Positions 11,278 through 19,347 of a stretch of DNA of 64,000 nt are shown here, one piece after another. A program made the position numbers and the translations under genes. Source of the stretch: an uncultured Acidobacteriota bacterium (GTDB lineage: Bacteria > Acidobacteriota > Terriglobia > Terriglobales > Acidobacteriaceae); the NCBI GenBank assembly GCA_963735555.1, contig CAVTLP010000012.1:90504-154503 (forward strand), written 5' to 3'. The stretch's first letter is position 1. Every line of letters begins with the position of its first letter. Under the pieces are notes generated by a model. The model saw nothing but the letters and a program-made list of their open reading frames with translations, was not told the origin of the DNA and ran no database searches.

Positions 11278-13562
11278 CTAACTTTGCGCCAGAGCGGTCG
11301 TCTGGCCGATGCGGAAGATCACGAACTCGGCCGGCTTCAACACCGCCACGCCGATCAGACAGATCATGCGGCCATTGTCGAGATCGTTCTGCGTCATCGT
11401 GGTGCGGTCGCAGCGGACGAAATAAGCCTGGGACGGCGCTGTCTCCGAGTAAGTTGCCTTCGCGCGAATTCGTTATAGAGGAACGAGTCGATCGGCTTCC
11501 TTCACCCGGGACCACAGTGCCGGGCCGTTATTCTCGAACACTGCCCATTGCGTGCTGTTATCGATGGAGTGTTCGAGATAGATCATGTACCGGCGCACGT
11601 TGACGTACATGAACTCGGGATCGGAACTGGCCGTCCGTGCACCCCAGACGCGGAATCCTCGATACGGGAAGTAGCGCAGGCAGTTGATCCCCAGCGGATT
11701 CAGAACGCCCTGCTCGGCGAAGTTGATATCCCGCTCCAGCCGCGAGGCGCCCAGCAGGACTTCGTTGGCCGGAGCCTTGGAAACGCCGTTCTGCTCGTCG
11801 TTGCGCGCGTAGATGCCGGCGATGAAGCCGGTGGGCGGAACGGCGATCTCCGCTGCGATCGCCGAACCAGCGGTCGCCAGCGGATTGGGCGTAATCACCC
11901 ACGGCACATAGAGAGCCGCATAGCTGCTGTCGATCGCGGCGCGCACGCCTTCGTTATCGGACGCGAGTTGGTTCGGAGGCGTTTCCAGCATCGCGATGCG
12001 ATAGGCTCGCTGCTGGCTGACATGGGTAATCAGGCTGTTGATGATGTCCTGGCTGGAATTGACGAAGATGCCCGACCCCGGCGCGCCCACGATGGCGATA
12101 TCTTCGAGGGAAGTGAAAAGGGCAAGCGCGGCATCGTAGTTCGACGATTCCGGCGTCCAGGCCGTCGTCGCCGCCGCTCAGCGTGTAGGTCTGGACAGCA
12201 TTCGCGCTGGGTCCGGCCCAATTGGGGAAGATGATCGGAAGGAGGCTGGTGGAGCTGGTCAGATTTTGTCCGATGGTAAAGGCAATCTGATTTTGCAGCG
12301 CGTCGATGTGCCGTGGCGGAGTAGCTGCCAGCACCGTGCCGAGATAGTAGGGATGCGCCAGCTCGAAGCCCAATCCATCGAAGACCGCCGGCGATCCGGC
12401 CGCCGTCGCTGGCCGTCACCTGCATGGTCAGCACGTAGAGCCCCGGAGGAGTGACGGCGAGGCAGCGGCGTTGTGCCGCTCTGAAAGGAACCGGTCGTGC
12501 CGTTGGTGTAGAACGGATGGACGAAAACACTGGCGCGTTTGCATTGTGCGTTGCCCCGCTGCTGGCGCGGCGCAACGGTCACCACCGTGCCCGTCGAGTC
12601 GACCTGGGTTACGGCGAAGAATCTCTCCATCGATCTGGAGAAATCCCGGAACGCCGTTGGGCGGCTTGACCGCCGGGGGCCGCCGGAGCCGCAGTAGTCG
12701 TCGGAGCCACCGTGGTGGTCGTCGGACCGGCTGTCGTGGTCGTTGGCCCCCCCGTAGTCGTCGGAGCCGGCGTGGTGGTGGGCGGTGGAGTCACTGAAAT
12801 CGTCAATTGCGTCGCCGTGGCGTTGAGGCTAGAGAACAGCAACCCCACCGGTCCAAGGACCGCAGTCCCAGCCGCGTGCGCAGCGGGCGACCCGCCTCGA
12901 GTCACTGTCAGGTTCGTGCCGGTCGCGTCGACGCCGTGTCACTGTCATCGTTTCGGTGTCGATCAACACACTCGCAGGAGCGCCCCAGGGCAGTGGCGCG
13001 ATTCAGCGTGATGCTTCGTGTCGGACGATTGGACGGCGCGTTCGCCAGAGACGACGTGTTCGCCGCCGATGCCACCAGCGAGCCCGGCGGCAGGCTGCTC
13101 AGATTCTGCGTCCGCGTAGCCTTCAGCTTGACGGTGACGTTCTGATTCCCGCCGTTGACCGGCGAATTTCCGCTCATGCCGGGAAAGCGGGCCGATACGA
13201 CTACGTTCGAAGAGGAAGGAACGCCGCTGGTCGCGATGCCCGTGTCACTGCCGGGAGCGAAGACGCGCGAGACGTAGAGCTGCGAGCCTCCGTTATCGAA
13301 GAATGCCTTCACAGCCAGGGCCATGTAGTTAGTGTTCTTCGGGTCGGTTGTATCGCTATTGTTATTCAGCGTGAAAATTGTCATAACCGCCGTAGACATT
13401 CTGATAATCTCCAAAGCTGGTCAGCAGCTCCGGCGTCGTGTTGGTGGGCCCGGTTAAGGTTACGCCGGCGAAACCGGCAGTGCTGGTCCCAACGCCTTCA
13501 ATCGAAGGCGCCCGGAAACTGACTTCCTCTACGTAAACGCCTGGCGTTAAATATTCGGGCAT
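11278..13562 (-). CDS. Phage tail sheath protein (main sheath) with internal inserted module (frameshifted)
   Basis: MPEYLTPGVYVEEVSFRAPSIEGVGTSTAGFAG..AVKAFFDNGG..AALYVPW..VPPTGFIAGIYARND..KAPANE..LNPLGINCLR..RVWGART..YVNVRR..WAVFENN..PAEFVIFRIGQ. Confidence 0.95.
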
Positions 13563-13573
13563 TTTTCCTCCTA

Positions 13574-14477
13574 TCACATAGAAATCGTTAGTGCGACGAA
13601 AACCGTCTGGCCGGGACCAAGCTGCACCGGCTGCGACGCGCTCTTCCACGTCGGGCTTGGGCTTGCCAGCTGCAACAGAATGTCGTCCGGATTGGAAACC
13701 CATCCTTTTGGCTGGCCGAGAGTAGCAGGATCGAACACCGCGGTCACGGTTGCCGGAGTCGTAGCTTCCGTCACGGCGCCGGTGCTGCTGGAGCTTAGCT
13801 TCAATCCCAGTCCGGGCACCGCCAGCAATGCTTCGCCGTTCTCGTTGGTGAGCCCGGTCGCAGTCGGGTTGCCGCTGCTCGCCACCTGGATCACCGCCCA
13901 CGGCAAGGGCGCCGGCGGCGTGGCGTTGCTCACCACCGATACGCGGATCACAGCCCAGTTGGGCGCGACCGGCACAGCCGGCGTGGGATAGAGGACCACG
14001 CTTTGCGGCGTGGTCACGGGCGGAATGTCGCTGGCGGCGTGGGGCCCGGCGCAGAGGTGGTCGTCGTAGCGACCGGCGCACCCGTAGTCGTGGTTGGAGC
14101 GCCCGTGGTTGTCGTTGTCGGCGGGGCGTGGTGGTAGTGGTCGCGACTGTGCCCGGCGGGATCGGTGCCGGCAGCGGCTGCGGCGCTGCGATCGTCGCCC
14201 GCCGCGACAGATACCGCAAAGTCGGATCCTGAATCGTGATTTCGAACGTCGAAGGCGGTGGCCACGCACTGGGCGCTGTCGGTGCCAGAAACTGCGTCGT
14301 CAGTGCGTTAAGCGTCGGCGCGCCCTTCACATCCAACACCGCGAAGATCCCGCTGCTGTTGCGCCGAAGCACCAATGGCCCCGCCGTGACGGAGAGCGCC
14401 GACTCGATCGAACCGCTCGTGATGGCGTCCACGCAGCGGAATCCGGCCAGAACGCGGCGATCGACATTTTCGATCAT
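13574..14477 (-). CDS. eCIS accessory protein, carboxypeptidase-regulatory/Ig-like domains with Thr/Pro linker (frameshifted)
   Basis: MIENVDRRVLAGFRCVDAIT..RRNSSGIF..ITIQDPTLRYLSRR..(T/P-rich)..VVLYPTPAVPVAPNWAVIRVSV..GLTNENGEALLAVPGL. Lies between Pvc16 and the sheath. Confidence 0.65.
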
Positions 14478-15066
14478 TGCGCGACTCCCTTTTCGGAGAA
14501 CTGGAATCGGGTCGCCACCACCAGCGGCTCAGGCGTGGTGCCGATATCGATGCGCACTACGCGGGCGATGTAGGACACGCTCAAACGGTATTTCGGGCCC
14601 AGGGCGTCCCATATTCTCAGGATGTCTTCCAGGCTCAGATCCGCCGGCACCAGTTGAATGCTTTCCGTCGGGTCCCAGATGCTGCTCGGAGAGAGAATCG
14701 AATTGTCTAGGATGGGCACCAGACTGCAGCTGCGACATGGTCCAGCCCAGAATGGTCTGCTCGGCTTGAGGATCGGTGCCCCAGTAGGTGATCAGGTAGT
14801 GAAGATCCAGAAACAGTACCGGCGTCTTGTTGGGCTGGTTCTGGATGTGTGTGGCGGATCGGAAGTTTTCATTGATCGTGATGCGATGCAGGAAGATTGT
14901 GACCTTCTGGTCGAGGTTCGTCGTGTCCTCTTCGGCGATCTGCGAGCTGGATACCAGTTGAAACTTGACGCTGGGAAACTGGGTTTTCAGCTCGGGCGGA
15001 AAGCTGTTCCCCAGGAAACTGCGCCAGCGAGTTGCCCACCGAGTATATGGCCGTGTAATCAGCCAA
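14474..15066 (-). CDS. Pvc16/Afp16 (DUF4255) cap/terminator protein (frameshifted)
   Basis: TTG start after GAGGAGG. MADYTAIYSVGNSL..VTIFLHRITINENFR..LDLHYLITYW..EQTILGWTMSQL..LSLEDILRIWDALGPKYRLSVSYIARVV is the eCIS hallmark. Confidence 0.9.
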
Positions 15067-15180
15067 TCTGATCCTCCTCGTGGAGCACGCCCCAAATCCA
15101 TTTGACCCATTGCGCCTTCACGAACACCCTCGGGACATGACAAGGCGACCGGCACAGTCACGTCTCCGCGTGTCTGTATT

Positions 15181-15196
15181 AGCAATCTCCTTTCCA
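15181..15196 (-). promoter_or_regulatory. Possible sigma54 (-24/-12) promoter of the eCIS operon
   Basis: Minus strand reads TGGAAAGGAGATTGCT, a GG-N10-GC spacing with TTGCT, about 115 nt upstream of the Pvc16 start. The -24 element is imperfect. Confidence 0.3.
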
Positions 15197-15566
15197 AAAC
15201 GAACTAGCCAGTGAGCGCACCAAATCCCAAGCACTTGGCAATCGGAGCCGCTTTCGAAGTGCGGCGTTTCCACCGCAGGGCGAACCCGCTCGCACCCGTC
15301 CATGCGGAAATTTGGGTATCTACCAGGCTGAATCCCAAAGGCTTCGCGCGCTGCGACAAATTCGCCGCACCCCGGACTCGCGCCTTCCCGGTTCGGTACA
15401 CACTATGGCGGTTAGTCGAAGCGATTCATGCTAAGGCAGGGCTGGGCAGACGCTGCTTCAAAGGCGCATCAATCGTTGCCGGGTCAATCGGTTCAGCTGG
15501 CGCGCGGGGAGAATCCCGACGCCTCCATTGCCGCACAATATTGGGCGCAGGCGGCGATGACAACGG

Positions 15567-15875
15567 CTAGTGGATGAACTCGCGTTCCTGCGCCTTTTCG
15601 CCCAGCCAACCCAGGTTTGCGGCCTGCGCATCCGACATCGGCATCACAAATGGATACCAGTAGTCGCCTTCGCGCACCGACTGGGGAAGAATCATGTTGA
15701 CGTTTTCACCGCCCGGCAAAGCGCTATTCACTCGCTGGTTCATCAGAGCTTCGCTCTCGAAGTTCATCTCCGTTGCCAGACTGCCCGTACCACGGTTCTC
15801 CCAAACGTTAAGCGAATACTCATAGGTGCCATCCTTCCTGAGCTTCGCAAATACGGTGAGCGTGAAAGTCTTCAT
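15567..15875 (-). CDS. Hypothetical protein (about 102 aa)
   Basis: Intact ORF MKTFTLTVFAKLRKDGTYEYSLNVWE... with protein-like composition; no recognisable family. Confidence 0.55.
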   Translation of the reverse strand: MKTFTLTVFAKLRKDGTYEYSLNVWENRGTGSLATEMNFESEALMNQRVNSALPGGENVNMILPQSVREGDYWYPFVMPMSDAQAANLGWLGEKAQEREFIH

Positions 15876-16043
15876 GGAAAGAAGAATATTGCGCCCGCGC
15901 ATCTTCGCGAAATCCCCAAAAGAGGTTATCGCTAAAGACTTCCGGGCCAGCGGATCGCCTTCAGCTCCCGCCTATAACAGTGCGGTCCTGAAGTTATGTT
16001 GTGATGTTAGGGGGTGCGTTACCGATGCCGATGGGCGGCGGTC

Positions 16044-16346
16044 CTACCAATGCGACAAAGCAGTTCGCAGTAGCCCGGCACGTCTCTTTGTTGATTCCAA
16101 GGTGTACAAGGTCTGTTGGTTCAATTCGGCTAACTTCATCCAGGCAGCCTCGCGCGCTTCATCGTGGGGTTTGCATTGCTCCCACAAACGACTCATCTCG
16201 GCCGCGCCCGCCTCATTCAGCCTCGACGGGTCTGATTGAATCTCCACAATCTGCAGCAGCAGGGCCTCTGCCGCAAGTTCATGTTTAGCGATGATACTGA
16301 GAAGTTCTTGTTCGTCTTTGCTGGCAGTGTCGGGAATCCCGTGCAT
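16044..16346 (-). CDS. Hypothetical helical protein (100 aa)
   Basis: ATG preceded by GGGAG; amphipathic helical composition; no recognisable family. Confidence 0.5.
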   Translation of the reverse strand: MHGIPDTASKDEQELLSIIAKHELAAEALLLQIVEIQSDPSRLNEAGAAEMSRLWEQCKPHDEAREAAWMKLAELNQQTLYTLESTKRRAGLLRTALSHW

Positions 16347-16443
16347 AGTTACTATCTCCCGACTTAGAGGTTACTTCGAACCAGAGGCAGATGCAACAAT
16401 AAATTGTTGACTAATCGCTGGCCTAAGTCGGGAGCTAACCACG

Positions 16444-17790
16444 CTACTCCTTCAGACTAAGGACCGCGGATCCGGCCACCCCAGCCGCCACTGACGCAAG
16501 TAAGATGCCTATCTTCGCGACTTCGCGCAAATCGCCATCGCTGATAGATAGCGTCGCGATAAACAGCGACATGGTGAAACCGATCCCGCACAAACAGCCG
16601 GCTCCCGCCATCTGCCTCCAGGTCACGCCTTCCGGAGCGGACGCCAGCGACGACTTGACCGACAACCAGCCAAACAGAAATATGCCGATCGGCTTACCAA
16701 AGAAGAGTCCCAGAAATATCCCGATCGTGATCGGTTGAATCAGAGACATGCCTTGTCCACCCGAAATATGCACGCCCGCATTCGCCAGTGCAAACACCGG
16801 CATGATCCCAAATGTTACCCATGGTTGCAGCGCATGTTCGATCCTGTGCAAAGGTGATTGTACGAGCGCGCATTGACGTGCGAGGCCATAGATCAGGTTC
16901 CCCGGTTCACTCGAAGACGCCGCCGACTCCGAACGCGCCAGTGCTCGCAGCCTGTCCCAGATCGGCAGATTGTGTCTGAGGAACTCAACCGGGTTCACAA
17001 TTGTTTTGGCAGGAATCGTAAACGCCAGAAGAATTCCAGCCACCGTTGCGTGGACCCCCGATCGCAGCATGGCGAGCCAGACGAAGATTCCGATGATCGC
17101 GTACACCCCCCACGAGCGGACTCCCAGGCGGTTTGCAAGGAATGAGATTGCGACTCCGGCGAGCCCTGCTATCAGGCTGAAAAGTGAGAAGGCAGTCGTA
17201 TAAAAGAGGGCGATGATCAAAACCGCGATAATGTCATCCACGATTGCCAGCGCGGTTACAAATACTTTCAGCGTGATCGGAATGCGTTTGCCCAGTAACG
17301 CCAATGCCCCAAGAACAAACGCGATGTCGGTTGCGACTGGAATACCCCATCCGGGCCGTGCGGATGTGTGGTGCGTGACCGCGATGAAGATCACAGCCGG
17401 AAAGATCGCACCCCCCACAGCCGAAGCCAGTGGAAAGGCGGCCCGCTTGAGCGTCGATAGTTCGCCCGCCAGCAGTTCATGTTTGATCTCCAGTCCCACA
17501 AAGAAAAAGAAGACCGCCATCAATCCATCGTTGATGAAATGCTGCAGGCTTTCATTCAGTGCTGCCGGACCCACTCCGATGGTCAGATACAGATGCCAGA
17601 AGTGGCCATACGAATCCGCCCACGGCGAATTTGCCCACAGCAGCGCCGCGACTGTGCTGGACAACAACACCAGTCCGCCCGCTGCTTCGAGTTTCGCGAA
17701 TCGGACGAACGGAGAAATGATGCGCTGGATAGGCGTGCCGGACGCCGCCGGCGGGAGTTGCAGTGACTCAGAGAAATCGTCCGCGTGCAT
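16444..17790 (-). CDS. nhaA: Na+/H+ antiporter NhaA
   Basis: FINDGLMAVFFFFVGLEIKHE, GWGIPVATDIAF, LAIVDD, SGVHATVAG and GIGFTMSLFI motifs. Confidence 0.97.
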   Translation of the reverse strand: MHADDFSESLQLPPAASGTPIQRIISPFVRFAKLEAAGGLVLLSSTVAALLWANSPWADSYGHFWHLYLTIGVGPAALNESLQHFINDGLMAVFFFFVGLEIKHELLAGELSTLKRAAFPLASAVGGAIFPAVIFIAVTHHTSARPGWGIPVATDIAFVLGALALLGKRIPITLKVFVTALAIVDDIIAVLIIALFYTTAFSLFSLIAGLAGVAISFLANRLGVRSWGVYAIIGIFVWLAMLRSGVHATVAGILLAFTIPAKTIVNPVEFLRHNLPIWDRLRALARSESAASSSEPGNLIYGLARQCALVQSPLHRIEHALQPWVTFGIMPVFALANAGVHISGGQGMSLIQPITIGIFLGLFFGKPIGIFLFGWLSVKSSLASAPEGVTWRQMAGAGCLCGIGFTMSLFIATLSISDGDLREVAKIGILLASVAAGVAGSAVLSLKE

Positions 17791-18112
17791 TCAGCCCCCG
17801 GGGATAGTATTCAGTCCATCTTCGTTAGCGCGTTTCTGCGGTTAATAAGTCTTACCGGAGCGAACAGGCAAGGATCTCAATGTCAGACGCAACAATCCCG
17901 TGCGCCTGGTTAGGCGCCTCGCTGGCGACAGCAGAATACACCCGAAAATCGACCTCGCAAAGCTAGGAATTCTACTAGTACCAATCTTCTGCTTGCAGAA
18001 CTATAAAGATCGTCTAGACTCACAGTCGTGAGTTCTGGCCCTCTAATTCTTATTGGATTTATGGGGCGGGGGTATGTCGATGGGAAGAGATGCTGAGCCT
18101 CAAGGCGGTGAA

Positions 18113-19345
18113 ATGCGAATGAAGAATGCACGCCCGTGTAAGCGATCTGCGGTGCCGACTGCACACGCCCGATGGCTCGTCACGGCCCTGGCCCTTGGCC
18201 TGGCAACGATGTTGCTGACCGCCTGCGCAAAGAAGGAAGAGGCTCCCAAACCGGGCCCTCCCGAAGTCCTGGTTACGGATGTGGTCCAGCAGGATGTTCC
18301 AACCTACCAGGAATGGGTCGCCCAGCTGAATGGTCCGATTAACGCCGACATTACCCCGAAAGTGCAGGGTTACTTGCTGACGCAGAATTACCAGAACGGC
18401 TTCTTCGTCAAGAAGGGCCAGCTTATGTTTACGATAGATCCTCGACCCTTCGTGGCCGCGCTTGATCAGGCCAAGGCGCAGGTCGCGGTGGCTCAGGCGA
18501 ATCTTGTCGAGGCGCAGAACAACGTCGCCCGGGACACGCCGCTGGTTGCGCAGAACGCGATTCCGAAGAAGAATCTCGACACGGATCAGTCGACCGAGGC
18601 CGCGAACCTGGCGCAATTGGACGCCGCCAAAGCCCAGATGGTGACTGCCGAATTGAATCTCGAGTGGTGCAAGGTGTATTCGCCCATCGATGGCATCGCG
18701 GGCATCGCGAATTCACAAGTCGGCGATCTGGTGGGAACATCCACCAAGATGACGACGATCTCCCAGGTCAATCCGATCTGGGCATACTTCAACATCCCCG
18801 AGAGCGCATACCTCGCGAACGCCCAAAAAGTTGCCACGATCATCCGCGGCGAAGGCAGGCAATCGATACCACTGGAAATCGAATACATTCAGGCCAACGA
18901 TGTTAGCTATCCCGAGAAGGGAAAGATCATTTTCGTGAATCGCCAGATCGGTACTCAGACGGGGACAATTCAAATGGCCGCCGCGTTTCCCAATCCGGAT
19001 GCCGCGCTCCGGCCCGGCGGCTTCGGGCGAGTGCGGATTCGGACCGGCACCGCCAAGGACGCCCTGCTCGTTCCGCAGCCTGCCGTGGTCGAAGTGCAGT
19101 CGCAGTACATGGTCATTGTGCTCACGCCTGACAACAAGGCTAGATTTCAGCCCGTGAAGATGGGAGAGCGCGTGGGTCCGAATTGGATCGTCACCGAGGG
19201 ACTAAAACCGGGCGAGCGGGTTGTGGTCGAAGGCATCCAGAGGGTACAGATGTTTGCCGCTGCGGCACCGGAGATGGCGAAAGAAGGCGTTCCGGTTGTC
19301 GTTAAGCCTTACACGCCGCCCCCCGCAGCGCTCGGGGGCAACTGA
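18113..19345 (+). CDS. RND efflux periplasmic adaptor (MFP) lipoprotein
   Basis: Lipobox LLTAC, PKVQGYL..G.FVKKGQLMFTIDPRPF, SPIDG, FPNPDAALRPG. Start codon is approximate. Confidence 0.93.
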   Translation: MRMKNARPCKRSAVPTAHARWLVTALALGLATMLLTACAKKEEAPKPGPPEVLVTDVVQQDVPTYQEWVAQLNGPINADITPKVQGYLLTQNYQNGFFVKKGQLMFTIDPRPFVAALDQAKAQVAVAQANLVEAQNNVARDTPLVAQNAIPKKNLDTDQSTEAANLAQLDAAKAQMVTAELNLEWCKVYSPIDGIAGIANSQVGDLVGTSTKMTTISQVNPIWAYFNIPESAYLANAQKVATIIRGEGRQSIPLEIEYIQANDVSYPEKGKIIFVNRQIGTQTGTIQMAAAFPNPDAALRPGGFGRVRIRTGTAKDALLVPQPAVVEVQSQYMVIVLTPDNKARFQPVKMGERVGPNWIVTEGLKPGERVVVEGIQRVQMFAAAAPEMAKEGVPVVVKPYTPPPAALGGN

Positions 19346-19347
19346 CC

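Noticed and set aside
1-15066. Dense frameshifts suggesting a pseudogenised eCIS or programmed frameshifting
   Set aside because: The same single-base indels interrupt housekeeping genes (sdhA, sdhC, hemW, ltaE, ABC, RND), and motifs stay intact without accumulated in-frame stops. Long-read consensus error is the simpler explanation; read-level polishing would settle it.
1-15066. Prophage or type VI secretion system
   Set aside because: No head, portal, terminase, integrase or lysis genes and no TssJ/L/M/ClpV in the window. Pvc16 and gp19-type tubes indicate eCIS.
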